64,000 nucleotides of DNA, taken from NCBI GenBank assembly GCA_023213395.1, contig CM041465.1:77197741-77261740 (forward strand). The letters are read 5' to 3'. A program made the position numbers and the translations under genes. Below the pieces are notes generated by a model, which ran no database searches, was not told the DNA's origin, and worked only from the letters and a program-made list of their open reading frames with translations. Shown here piece by piece: positions 23,140 to 37,094 of this stretch. This DNA comes from Cycas panzhihuaensis (Eukaryota > Plantae > Cycadophyta). Within the stretch, counting starts at the first letter, position 1. Each line of letters starts with the position of its first letter.

Positions 23140-26100
23140 TCCCTTTGATGGAGACTTCTTTTATCTGTAGCAGATCTCAGAGATTTAGAAACTTTACTTC
23201 AGTTCAAGACTTTGTAAGTATATTAGCAATCTGTAGATCTGTTAGATAATAAGACAAGGAAACAAGATTATCAGTAACTAAATTACGAATAAAATGTTGA
23301 TGTAATTCAATATGTTTAGTCCTAGAATGTGAAACTAGATTTGTAGCTATAGTAATTACACCTTAATTATCAACTTTAAGTTCAATAGAAGAGTTTAGAG
23401 ATATACCAATTTCATTTAGCAAAGATTTAAGCCTAAGTGCTTCTTTACCAGCTTCAACAAGTGCATAATATTCAGCTCCAATCGTTGATAAATCTAGTGC
23501 CTACATTTTCTTACTAGACCAAGTAATAGGTGAGGAATCTATAAAAAATACATAACTTGAAGTAGATTTTCAATCATTTATATCACCTACCCAATTAGAA
23601 TCAGTATATCCAGTTAAATTACAAAAATTATAAGTTAAACCATTAAAAACAGTACACTTTAGATATCGTAAGATACATTTAGCTGCTTTCCAATGAGATT
23701 CATATGACTGTTGCATATAACATGAACATAAAGTGATAGCATAGGAAATGTCAGGATGAGTGTGAGTTAAATAAATAAGACTACTAATTAGTTATCTATA
23801 TAATGTAAGGTTACGTAAAGGTGATGAACAATCAATAGATAATTTGACTCTTGATTGTAATGAATTAGATATGGTTTTAACATTTTCCATGTTAAATCAC
23901 TAAATTAAGTGTAGAATATACTTAGGTTGAGATATAGTTATGTTTAAATGATGTTGATAAATTTGTAAACCAAGAAAGTAATGTAGTATACCTAGATCAG
24001 TCATTTCGAATTTATTCATTAAAGTGGATTTTAAATGATGAATATTATTAGTTGATGAGCTAGTAATGATAATGTCATCAACATAGAGGATGAGAATAGT
24101 AAGATTTTCATTATCACATTTGAAATAAAGATTTGGATCATTAATACATCTAATGTATCCAATGTGAATTAAATAATCATATACTTTGGTATACCAAACT
24201 CGAGGAGCTTATTTTAAACCATAAATAGATTTCTTAAGTTTACAGACTAAATTAGGATTTTCAATAAAGTTAGGTGGCTGAGATATGTAGATCTCTTCTT
24301 TGAGATCACCATTCAAGAAAGCACTCTTAACATCTATTTGGTGGATTTCCCAACCAAACTTGGATGCGAGAGTAATAATTATTTTAACTGTGTTCATCTT
24401 TGTAATAGGGGCAAAGGTTTTGTTATAATCTATGCCATCTATTTGCAAAAATCCTTTTGCAACTAGGCGAGCTTTATATTTTTCAACTACGCTTGTTGAG
24501 TTATATTTTGTTCTATGGACTCATTTACAATCAGCTACATTTTTTCTAGGTGGGAGTGGTATAAGATCCCAAGTTAAAATTTTAATTAAAGCATCAAATT
24601 CAGTCTACATAGCATCCTGCCATACATGATTATTACTAGCTTATTTAAATGTTTTGGGATCATTATTGTCCATTATTTTTTCTATTAAGGTAAAGTTAGC
24701 ATGTAGTTTTTGGGCACATGTTCTTCTGGTATCTGTAGGATTACCTACATTAGATCTAGCATCAATGTAGGTAAGTAGATATTAAAAAAGATCCTTCTTC
24801 ATCAAATATTATGTCACACAAAATAGAAATTTGATGCGTGACTGAATCCAAGAGTCTATAAGCTTTACTCTCTTCGCTCTATCCAATGAAGATATATTTT
24901 TGACTTTTTGGATTTAATTTCTTACGTTTTTCTTTAGGGATACGTCCCCACGCAATACTGCCAAAGATTCATAAATGATTGACAGATGGTTTTCTTCCAG
25001 ACCATTTTTGTTCTGGAGTAATGTTGTGTAGACTTTTGCTAGGTAAATAATTTAATAAATAGTTAGAGCAGTTAATTGCTTCTGCCCATAATTTTAGATC
25101 TAGATTCTTTACATGTAACATACAATGAGTCATCTCAACAAGAGTATAGTTTTTGCATTCAGTAACACCGTTTTGTTGAGGTGTGTATGCAACGGAATGC
25201 TGGAACTGAATTCCATGTGATTTACAGAAAGAAGTGAATTGTCCACTTAAATATTCCTTTGCATTATCAGATCAAAAAAATTTAATTTTTGAATTTGATT
25301 AATTTTCAACTAGCGTTTTGTATTCAACGAAAATGTCAAATACTTGACTACGTGTTTTAAGCATGTAAACCCAACATTTTCTTGAATAAACATCTATAAA
25401 TATAACAAAATAATGAGAACCTGAGTATGATGTTACATGAAAAGGTCCACATATGTCAGAGTGAATAAGTTCAAGTGGAACTGTTGCTCTAAATTGAGTT
25501 TTATGTGGAAATAGGTCCATGTGTTGTCTACCTGTCATACAGGCTTCACAAACACCATAAACAGTGTTTAAGGGTGGAAGACCATGAACCATTTCATGCT
25601 TCTTTAGATATGGTAATTTTCCATAACTTGTATAGCCAAATTATACATGCTAAAGTTTACTGACTGAGTCAAATTTAGCAATAAAGACACTAAAAGATTT
25701 TGTTTTATTATTTTGTAGACTTGTTAAACTATAGAGCCCTGTGTTATGATCAACAGGTCTTGAGGCAATACATCTAAATTTATTTAATGGTTTCTTAATG
25801 ATAAATTTATTTTTTTAGAATTCAATAATAAAGTCTTTCTAGAAGATTTGATAGACAGAGAGTAGGTTTGGTAATAGACCAGGTACATAGAAAATGTCCT
25901 TTATTGATCCATCTTTTAAGGTAACATCACCTGATCCTTTGACTTTAAGTTGGGTACCACTTCCAAAAGAAATCTCTTCTTTAGAGTTCGATTCAAATTG
26001 ATAAGTGGTTAAATTTTTTTGGTGTCCAGTCATGTGATGGGATGCACCAGAGTCAAGGATCCATTATGGTGGTTGATTTATAGGGGTAACAAACATAGAA

Positions 26101-27116
26101 GTTGTTGCCGCTAAAGAACGATTATGAGTTTGTCGATTTTGAGGTCGTGATTGAGGATGGGATTGAGGTCAATTTTATAATCCCTTGGAAGCTTTCCATG
26201 CTTCCAAAGCTATTCTACTTCTACAGACATCAATAATATGGCATTTTTTATGACAATAGGCATAACTAGTATTTTGAGAAGGAGTTACGTTGTTCATATT
26301 ATGAAATAACTGATTAGAAATATTCTAGTATTTGGATGGACCAGAATACTTAATATTATTTTATAAATTAGATGGTGAACCTTTATGAGGTTTCTAAAAT
26401 TTTGGATTACTATGAAAATTATTCTGTTATTTATTTTTAAATTGTGGCTTAGTTTTGGAAAATAAAGCCTGTGAAGGATATTTTAATATGCCTATTTGAA
26501 TTAACATTGTTTGATGTTCAATCAACTAGTTTGTTAACTGATTGAATGATATAAGAGGGTTGTCATCTTGTTGTCTGGTAGTTTTTTAGAGATTAAATTA
26601 TTTTGGTAACTTATTTACTGCAAGACGTATGAGTGTATCATTGTCTTTAACATGCATGATTAATTTTTTAGTATCACATTTTTTAGTTTTGGATTTGATA
26701 CAATTTCCTAGGTCTTTATTAATTAATTAAATTTTACATAAAAAATCCTCAATATTAGAAAAATCATCAAAGGTAAGATCATACAATTGATGTTCTAGGA
26801 CATCCACTTGATGTGTATTAACCTTGTTATATTTTTCTTGCAAGGTTTTCCAGACAGTGGCCAAGTCATCTATTTTAGAAAACTACAGACTGATTTTTGG
26901 TAAAAGTGAGTTTAATATGGTGCCTAAGGCTACATCTGAGTTCATCAGATATACTATATAACTCTCTGTAGAATATTCTTTTAGTTTTTTAAATTCACCT
27001 GTAACATATCGCCATATCTTTTTCTATTTGAGCTAATGAGATATGTGATTACTCCAGTCGGCATAGTTTGAGCCAGTTAACACTAGAATTGGAATGCAGG
27101 TGGTTGTCCCTAGCAT
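23140..27116 (-). pseudogene. copia B gag-pol (disrupted)
   Basis: MLGTTTCIPILVLTGSNYADW (gag), WILDSGASHHMTG (protease), CEACMTGRQH...LELIHSDICGPF (integrase), IHQIDVKSAFLNGDLKEEIY and LYVDD (RT), RTKHIELHQHFIR (RNase H). Confidence 0.92.
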
Positions 27117-28303
27117 TAATACCATATTAAGAGTTATGAGGTTTTATTGAAGATTGAATAATATGAAGGTGGTTAAAAAACTAATCACTTATTAAAAGTA
27201 CTAATCATTAGATTAATATTTTAATAGGCATAATTCAAGGATGAAAAAAAAAGTAGTGTAATATGTATTACTTGCTCTTAAAGAAAAAATCACATGTTCT
27301 CAGGCAGATAGTTTTGCTTAAATTGAAAAATAAACAACCTCTTAAAAAATCCCCTTAAACAGTCCCTTTTCAAAAAAAAAGTTCCCCCTGAAGTGTTTAA
27401 GTTTGATAAAGGGTTATAAGATTGTCACTTGCCAACTATTTGACAAAATATCTTAATGAGTGGAGAACTGTGACTATGAGTAGGTATGTAACCAATTAAA
27501 ATTTAAAGAACTTTTGCTAGGAAATTGAACTTGAAATTTAGTGTGGGCATATAAGAAAAGGCACCCTCAGCTACTAACCAAACTTAATGAAATATTTATA
27601 CTTGGGTAAAAAGTTATCTTGTGTCAAAGTGATGATATTTTACAATTATTTAATAGAAAACTAACTTAAGCACAAAGGTAACAAGACAATAATTAAAGAA
27701 TTAAAACTTAGAGTCTAACCCTAAAATTTGGTGTGTGGGTAGGGTAATACCAAAAATCTTGTGATTTATCCATAACCCAATTAAAAGTTAAGATGCATTG
27801 AAGTAGTGAGATCATATACTTTATTATGCATAAAAAATTCTTTAGCAAGATAGAAACTAGGTGAAATTTAAAGGGCTTATTGTAATAATCAATATAAAAA
27901 AGGGGGGTTTAAAAAAGTATTAAAACATTAACTTAATGAAGGGAGGGATTTAGATTAATATTATGAATGTGGTGGGGGAGTTAATGTAATAAATGTATTA
28001 TATAAAAATGGGGGAATTGATTAATATTATTAATGTAATATGGGAGTTTTAGATTAATTTATACTAATGTGATTAAGGGGGGGTTAGGGGGGGTTTAAGG
28101 TTTATTAAATCAAAATTAAAAAAAGAAATTGAAAAACTAAATAGGTGGACCCGATTGAGTTTTAAAATTTAAAACATAGAAGAAAAATAAAAAAGAGATT
28201 GGAGTCTTGGGGGGGTAAGGTAGAAACCCTACCTACCTGGTAATCACTATCGTGGCGGCGACGCTCCTCTGTACAGGTCTTCTTCATTTTTACGATCCAT
28301 AGA

Positions 28304-29110
28304 ATGGAAGGTAGTGACTCGACGGAGGCTGGTTTGATTTCATATGCATGATATGAGGCCGTACAGACTTAAGTAGCACTCTGGAGGTAAGTAGTAGTTT
28401 GAATGTGGCAGGATTAGAGGCAGAGACTACAATACTTTCTCTTAAAGAATGTGTGCATTGGCTTGAGAAACGACTTATTGAGAAGGATAAAGAAGTTGTA
28501 TTATTACAGTCAAAACTCAGCCTACACCAATGTCAGATGGATCATGATAAGCCTAATGAACAATTTCAAGAGAGAACTACAGATTACTATCGGAGATTTA
28601 GGGTTACTGTGCTCCCTAGATGTGGATATCGGGAAACATGAGTCATCATGCATTCAGGTTAATGGGGTGTTGATGGACTCTGACAAGCCCTATAGTGTCA
28701 TTTCGACGCTGGCAAAACATTCTCTGGCCAATGATCTAGCAAGTCAGAGGAGTAGCCTTCCCAGATGTAATTCAATATGTTTGAGAGTTTTTCGCTTGCT
28801 CTCTGCAATATTGTCCATAATAGCAAACAAGGAAGATAACCTCTATACAGATGTGAACTTACTCCACACATGGCTCTCAAACCACTCAATTTAAAAGGCA
28901 ATCAAAGGTTTCATATTCAGGATCTCTTGCCATAATCAGACCATGTTGCACTAGGGATTAGCCCTTTGCCTATTCCTATACTGAAATACTCTGGATAGAG
29001 CTTGCACAATGCTTGAGATAGACTGTATAGGCCCTTGCTCAATCTTGATTGGTAATAGAATTACTACTCTGTCTTGATGGCAGCTTTTGCTGTTGTGAAG
29101 CGGTAAATGG
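28304..29110 (+). pseudogene. Degenerate antisense ORF-like region in the copia B 5' leader, unknown function
   Basis: GC-richer block starting ATGGAAGGT. Overlapping frames 28399-28641 (coiled-coil-like LEAETTILSLKECVHWLEKRLIEKDKEVVLLQSKL) and 28451-28894. Followed by A19 at 29116-29134. Confidence 0.45.
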
Positions 29111-29225
29111 TATGCAAAAAAAAAAAAAAAAAAATTGCTAACAAACACCCGACCAGGCAAATTCATGCAACCAACGAATTAGGTGATTAGTTCTCCACAT
29201 GGAACTTAGTTAGGCTCTAATACCA

Positions 29226-29681
29226 TGTAGAAAGATGGGCACATGCACAATGTCATCACAGGATCACATAGTAAGCAAATACAGGTAACAAAATGACACT
29301 GCATATATACACCGGTTTGATAGGTGGAAAACCCCTTCTAGGGAAGAAAAACCACCTCCTAAAGTTGTAGTTTTATTAAGAAAATTTAAGAAATAGAAAA
29401 CCATTTACATAAGCCACCTAACCACCAAACTAGCATTGTAAAAGGCATTTAGATAGCTCTCCTAGATTCTTGGAACCACTTCATTGAATATAGGAGAAGA
29501 ATTTATACAAAAAAAGGTTTGTTGAAATGCAGTTCCGCATTTCAACCACCTTCAACATAAGATTAAATAATAAACACTAAAGTTAAACATTATAATAACT
29601 TAAATACAAATTTAGACATGTGACTTAAATATAAACTTTAAAAAAGAACATAAAAGTTACATTACATTAATATTCCTAACA
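29226..29681 (-). repeat. 5' LTR of copia B
   Basis: About 94% identical to 22625-23081. PBS at 29213-29225. Confidence 0.95.
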
Positions 29682-32078
29682 ACCATCTATAATCACATTG
29701 TAATTTCTTAATATAAAACTTATTATCTCTTAGGATTTGTAGAACCTTTCCCACTTGTAGTAGGTGATCTTCCCAAGTTTCATGGTAGACTAGGATCTTA
29801 GAAATAGTTTAATACATAGTTCATGATTACTTGGAATATTGTTTAGGCATTAATGAGACTAAAAGGCATAATCTTAAACTCAAATAACCCTTATTATATA
29901 TAAAATTCTATTTTTCTATGTCTTACAATAAAATAGGCATTTGATAATATCTTGAGCAATGATTAATTTTTAAAAGGTATGTAGTTTTTTGTAGTTTAAA
30001 GATTATATTATCTACCTATAAGATTAGATACTTGTTCTTAATAATAATTTTGTTAAGTGCCCATTAGTTAATGCACATCCCAAATGACTCATCCTTTTTC
30101 CTTGTGAGGATGATCGATGTCGTATATGAAATTTTACTAATAGTGATTACCCTATTATCCATGAGTTTGTACATGATTCTATCTATCTTTATCTTGTATT
30201 TATATCTATATTGGTGCAACGTAACTACTATTAGTTCCTTGCTTTGTTCTTTTTCAATGATATACTCTATGCTTCTTATTAATGATAGTGGTACTATGAG
30301 GTCTTCGAAGACTTCTTAACATTGGTCTTGTAATATGTTGATCTACTACTACTAATTATATTACATTGTTTTTCTATCATCTTAACCTCGAATTTCACAG
30401 ATCCCAATTATCAACCTTATATGTCCTTTACAAGGCAACTTAGCTATCTTTTATACTAGAACAATGGATGATTATGGGGCATTAATTCATGATAGCTTTT
30501 ATAATTGATCATGCATATAGAAACAAATGAAATTATCCAAATGATTAAGGGCATACATACCTAGTATCTTAAGACATTCAACCCCTAGTACTACATCAAA
30601 ACTTCCAATGTTGAATTTGTAAATATCTATGTAGAAAGACATCTTTTTAAGCTAGATTTATTGATGCTCTACTTCACAGTTATATGTGATTGAATGTCTA
30701 TTGGGTATGGATGTACTAAATAGTCTTCTCTTTTATATATATAACCCAAGCCTCCTTATGACTATAGTAATGATGAATTTATGTATGCTTCATGGGATAA
30801 CTAGTATTAGTAAATTTTATTTTCTATTATAGTCATATACTTTTATTGTGTTCAATCATTAGATACTTGATATTTCTACCATAACTATTTTAGGATGCCT
30901 ATTATTTAGTGTTGGGTCATTCAAAAATTTATTCCATTAATGGCCACCTAATACGTAAACTTGTATGTCTTCCTTATCATCTTCCATCTTAGTAACATAT
31001 ACTTGCTTTCTTTTAGGATTAGTAAATGTGTGCCTTTTTTCTACCTTTCGTTAAAGTCTTGTTAAAGTCTCTATACTCTTTATCTTACCATCCCTAGATC
31101 CTCCTTCCTAATGAATGTGTTAGAAGCTAACGGTTAAGTTGATGAGCTATTAGTCTATTGTACCAGCCTTTTACTTAGTTGTATAATTATGAGCCTCCTC
31201 TGACTCAAGGCCTTTTGATTCCTTACTAAATATCTAGATTTAGTTTAGTGAGCTAAGTAGATAACACTCTTTAGAGGGTTTAGGTGAAATTATCTCATAT
31301 CCTCATATAAATTATTATATAAATTAATGATATAATGGTAGGGCTTTATAAGATTTAGTATTTGTTTTGGCCAGTAGATTCTTAAATTCTTTTATATATG
31401 CCTAAACTAATTTATCTAGTCGAACATCATATAGATCATTGTAATTTTCTTATATCCCCTATTGAAAACCATCTTTAAAATCTTTAAAAGATATGGTCTT
31501 TAGATTCTCTTGTATCCATCTTATGGACCAAATGTATATTGACCTAGATAAGTGTTCAATGATAAATATGATATAATCATAAATGTTACACATGCACAAT
31601 AATTTAAACAAGTTCTTAATCTAATCTAACCTCTTATTTGTATTTGCTTTCCTATTTAACAAATAAATTAGTAATCTAATATTATGGAAAAAGTTATGAA
31701 ATTATGGTTGTTAACTTTCCCTATCCTTTTGATTGTTGTCCTACTCTTGGTGGCATCTATTTTTTTCCCAATAAATGTTATCGAGTTGTTCTACCATCTT
31801 TTCTATGTTAAAGCTCACACTACTCATCATTCTCTCTAAATTATTAATGTAATCATCCATGCTTACTGAGGAGTTCTTCCATGCCCTTACTTCTTGTACA
31901 TAGTGGTGATGGGTTTTCTTATGCTTAAATGGATATTTAATATTCCTTCTTACTCCTTGTCTTATTTGATCTAATAATACATAAGAAAGCAAAAAATATA
32001 GATGGTGGTTATTAGAAAAACATGTACTAAGGAATTAAATTAAGATAAGAGTAAAAGGAAAAGAGCCTCACTTTTATG

Positions 32079-34070
32079 TGTTGGAATTGGGTAGATGAGT
32101 AATGAAGGTTAAAGAACTATAACTTTGACATAAGGATGGTGTTCATAAGTATCAAGGTGCTTGACCTAATGATAAATAGGTGAAGTTGTATGTACTCCTT
32201 TATAGAAGGTACACCTTTATATGGAGCATAATAATTCATAATGCATAAGTCTCCATGGTATATTTATAACTCTATGTGTATACTAGCCTTCATAGTTTAC
32301 ACGTGTTCACACTTCTTCACATAGTAGAATGGACGTTATTCTAATATTCTCTCCCATAATGATTATTCTATAATAAAACTGTAAGTTTTTTTATAAATTT
32401 ATAGAATTTATACTTAGCTAAGCCCTTAATAAATATGTATACAAGCTAATCATTTATGTGACAATAATCTAATTCAATTTTAGCTTATTGTACTAACTCT
32501 TTACTAAAGTGATAATGTGTTTTTATGAGCTTAGTCTTGTTATAAAAAAATAGATTTCTAGTCAACTATATTATGTTGTGATTATCATAGAATATCTATA
32601 TAGGTCCTTCCTACTAGATTTGTAAATCTTGCAATATCCTTTTGAGCCATATTGCTTTACAACTACATGTAACTATTGTTTCATATTCTACTTCTACTAT
32701 AAATAGAGACACAATGGGTTGCTTGTTTGTGTAGCATGTAACCATTATTAAATTAAGATTGAATATATACCTAAATTTTAACTTTTTATTATTAATGCAA
32801 CCTGCCTAATCTAAGTTTACTATCAAATTAACTTAAAAGCATTTAATGACTTATATTGTAAACCATAACCAATGGTACCACTAAGATACTTGAGAATATA
32901 TTTTGATGCTACTATTAATTTGTCTTAGTTTTTTCTATAAATGTTGAGACCTAACTAACTGTAAATGGAATGTTTGGTTGAGTTGTTGTGTGATAAATTA
33001 GACTTTTAATCAATTATTTATACTATTGGATATTGTGACAATAATCATTTAAGGCTAAAATTTTGGCATGTTTTCGACACGGTTTCCTCCCCTAATCTTT
33101 TTTGGGGGGTTCCAAGGGGGGCTGGAGCCCCCCTTAGCTGGGGAGTGTAGGGGGGGTGGAATGCCCCCCACTAAGAGGGGGTTCAGGGGCAATATACCCC
33201 GACCCGAAAAATTAGCCCTGTAAACCTTATTAAAATGTAAAGAGAATCAGGGTCGTTCGATACAAATACCCTAGATTCTATGGTTGAGATTAATGCCTTG
33301 GATGTCCCTCTCATGTAGCCTATTTTAGGGATTTTCTTATTATGTTGTATGCAATGTAATGTATTATGATGAGGGTGGCAGCTGGTTGTTGTTCATGAGA
33401 GCACTTTGCTACTAAGATGTACTGTTTCTCCATTCTACAGTAATAAAGGTCGATACCTTTCCTATATGGATGTTTCCCTAGCACACTGCTAGGGTTTTAC
33501 CACGTTATATTGGGTGCACATGTGATGTTTATCTTGTATATTGATGTTATTGCATTATCTCTAATTTTAGAACTTGCATGTTAAATCTTAGTTTCGATTC
33601 CTGTAACTAGTTGCAAAATAGTTTAGATCTTGTGGCAGTTTAAGGTTTGGGACCTTGTATTCTCAACATATACAATGTAGGACATTATTATTGATTTAAA
33701 ATCTTCATACTTAAAAAGTTTTAATTCAACTTCTATTGGAGTATTAATTAGTTTGTATTTATCTTCCTTACATTTTGGTAGCATATCCATTATATATTTA
33801 CTTTGTGAGACAATTATGTTATTATTATTTTGCCATACTTTAATACTTAAGAAGTAGTATATTTATCCTAAATTTATCATCTCAAATTATTCACATAGGT
33901 GCTAATTATTTCCTATATAAATAAGGCCATCTATATAGAGTGATATAATTAATATAGATGATCCTTCTAACTTTATATATTAAATGTGTTTAGATGTATT
34001 TTCTAAAAATCATTTAACCTTAAAGTAAGAGTTAATTCTTAAATACCATGCCTTAGACACTCACTTCAAT
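32079..34070 (-). mobile_element. Truncated copia C: 3' LTR (32079-32346) plus RT/RNase H remnant
   Basis: LTR termini tgttggaat...ttctaata with PPT tgggagaga, similar to copia A ends. Remnants KAWYLRINSYF, YK*LIKSLIY, KQPIVSL. Confidence 0.72.
33024..33668 (+). mobile_element. Solo LTR (645 bp) inserted in copia C RT
   Basis: Termini tattgga...ctcaaca. Perfect TSD TATAC (33019-33023 and 33669-33673). GC hairpin array and a ggttttaccacgt motif. Confidence 0.88.
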
Positions 34071-34769
34071 AGGTTAATACTTTAATCATGTTAGGGCTTA
34101 TATCCTATTAAATGCTCATGTAGTTGGGTAGACATCTTTAAATTGACTAAATTCTCTTCACTTGTATTCAAAGGTAACTCTTATACCCTAAGTTCCTTAT
34201 GTCAGACCAAATGAGATCATCATCTTGTTTGTAGATTTAGTAGTGACTTGGTTTTCTATACGCTTTATATAGCATGTTAGAGAAAAGGTATCATACATCA
34301 ACCTTAGCCATAATATCATACTATCAACTGTAAATCAATCGAACAATATACACTAGATATGGCTAGTAGAAAACCCCTTTAGGGAAGAAAAAATCACCTC
34401 TACAATAGTAATTTCATAATAATAATAAATAAAAAAACATAGTTATAGGTGAGGATCTCATCCTCTCTCCTAGGCTTGCTAAACCCTCTACCTATGTAGC
34501 TATATCTAATTAGCCTAAAAAACCTTTCAAGCTAAACATACTTGAAAGATTCTGGAATAATTATGAGAGAGAAGTTCATTGAAATGGATGGTTGTCTATT
34601 TTACCAAAATTTTAGTAATAACATATTGACTTTAATAATTACATATATTATATAATAGTTAGGTATAAAAGGTAGCATTAGGGTAATTATTTCTAACAAC
34701 CCCCTTTAATGTTAACTTTTATACAATAGAAGATGTAGAAGATAAAGAAGAAGATGATGAAGACTTCAA

Positions 34770-37002
34770 CATCGTAATACCTCTTTGATGAATACTTCAT
34801 CAATATTTAATAATTTTTGTAACTTTATGAACTTTTCTTTGGTTAATGGATTTGTTAGAATATCAACAATTTACAAATCTATAAGACAATAAGATAGAAT
34901 AATAATATTATCATTAACAAGATTATAAATAAAATGATGATGTAATTCTATGTGCTTAGTTCTATAATATGCTACAAGATTAGTAGTTATAGATATTGCA
35001 CCTTGATTATTAATATTTATTTAAATAGAAGAGTCAGGAAATAAACTGAGCTCACTTAATAGAGCTTTAATTTAAAGTGATTTCTTACTAGCTTCTACTA
35101 ACTCTTGATATTCAGCTTTTGTCATAAATAATGCTAATACTTGCATATTTTTATTAGGCTAAGTGATCGGTGAAGAATCAAGAAAGAAGATATAACAAGT
35201 TGTAGATTTTTAATTGTGAGAATCTCTTGCCTAATTAGAATTTGTATAACCTATCAATTTTAGATTAGTATAAAAAAATTATATGTTAGGCTATAAAATA
35301 TTGTACCTTGCAAATATCGTAGAATCTATTTAGCTACTTTCCAAAGCAATTCATGAGGTTTTTGTATATATCTAAAATATAAGGCAATAGCATGGGAGAT
35401 ATCTAGGCAAGTATGGGTTAGTTAAATAAGACTACCTATTAATTAATGATATAAGGTGGAATCATAAGGTAGAGATTGACAATCGGTTAATAATTTCACA
35501 CCTGATTGTATAGGGGATAGGGTTGGCTTCATATTTTCTATATTAAATCTTTTTATTAAATCAAGAATATTCTTCAGTTGTGAAATAGTTATTTTTGATT
35601 CAGATTAATAGATTTGTAGGCCAAGAAAATAATGTAAAATACCTAAGTCTGTCATTTCAAATTTACTCATTAGAATAGATTTTAATTGATGGATATTAAA
35701 AGGTAAAGATCTAATTATTATAATATCATCAACATAAATAATTAAAATGGTAATGTTATTATCTTGTCTTAGGAAGTAAAGGTAAGGATCATTAATATAT
35801 TTAGTGTATCCATTCTAAAGAAGATAGTTGTTAATTTTAATATACCAAGCTTGAGAAGCTTGTTTAAGATCATATAACAAATTTTTTAGTTTGCAAATTA
35901 GATTAGAATTAGATACAAAACTAGGGGGTTGATTCATATAGATTTCTTCTTTAAGATCACTATTTAAAAATAAGTATTTTACATCAATTTGATATATTTA
36001 CTAGCTAAATTTAGGTGCAAGAACAATAATAGTTTTGATTGTATTCATTTTAGTGATAGGACAAAGGTTTTGGTATAATCAATACTATCAACTTAAGAAA
36101 AACCTTTGGAAATCAAATAAGCATTATGTTTCTCAATTGCTCCTTCTGAATTATACTTAATTTGGTACACCCATTTATAGTCTACCAAATTCTTACCTAG
36201 AGGTAATGGAACTAAATCTTAAGTTTAGTTTTTCTGAAGAGCATCATATTCAACTTGTATGACTTATTTCCATATAGGATTATGACAAAATTCTTTATAA
36301 GTTTTTAGATCGTTACTAGCTATTACTTTGGCCATTAGTATAAAGTTAACTTGTAGCTTTTGTGACCTGATTCTCCTAGTATCTAATGGATCACTAGTAT
36401 TAGAACCATTAACCAAAAGGATTTTTTGAGCCCAAACTAACTATTTATTTCTTGAAGAAGAATCAGAAGTGGAAGGTTGACTAGAAGAAGTTGGATGATT
36501 AGAAGTGGATGGATCTAACATATTAGGTTCAATTAAGGTCTAGTTCTAGACTTGTATGGATAAATTCTTGATTACTATATTGTTAGCTTATTTTTTTGAG
36601 AAGTTTATTAACTAAGTATTAGTTAATAAGATTTCAATAGGGAGTTTTATATGATTGGTTTTTGATAAAGATTGATCTTCATAAAAAATAACATCACATG
36701 AAATTGAGACTTTGTGCATGATTGGATCTAATAATCTATAGACTTAACTTTCTTTACTGTATCTAATGAAGATAAATTTTGCACTTTTAAGGTTGAGTTT
36801 ATTTTGTTTTTCCTTTAGAACATTTCTCTAAGTAATGCTTCTAAAGGCTCTAAGATGTTTTATAGACGATTTTCAATTAGACCACTTTTGTTCTTGTGTA
36901 ACTTTTTGTAAGGACTTACTTAGTAAATGGTTTAATAGATAGTTGGAGTAAGCTATTGCTTCAGCCCATAACTTTAGGTTGAGACCTTATATATATATAT
37001 AT

Positions 37003-37094
<92 letters not shown>

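Larger units (their letters stand above)
22625..29681 (-). mobile_element. Ty1/copia LTR retrotransposon B (full length, degenerate)
   Basis: LTRs at 22625-23081 and 29226-29681 (about 27 substitutions and 1 indel by manual count). Perfect TSD ACCAT. PBS tggtattagagcc. PPT aaaggggga. Confidence 0.96.
20200..32078 (-). mobile_element. Highly degenerate Ty3/gypsy (chromovirus, Reina-like) element interrupted by copia B; ends approximate
   Basis: Minus-strand remnants: gag coiled segment (31741-31992), DVVLGV (protease region), GLFEFKIMPFSLINA (RT), IYDKE (RNase H), VDLFMKNIYK..FPRKIICNQDPNFTSSL*KELFRL and Y*YNTNHHS...ALYGY (integrase). Confidence 0.7.
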
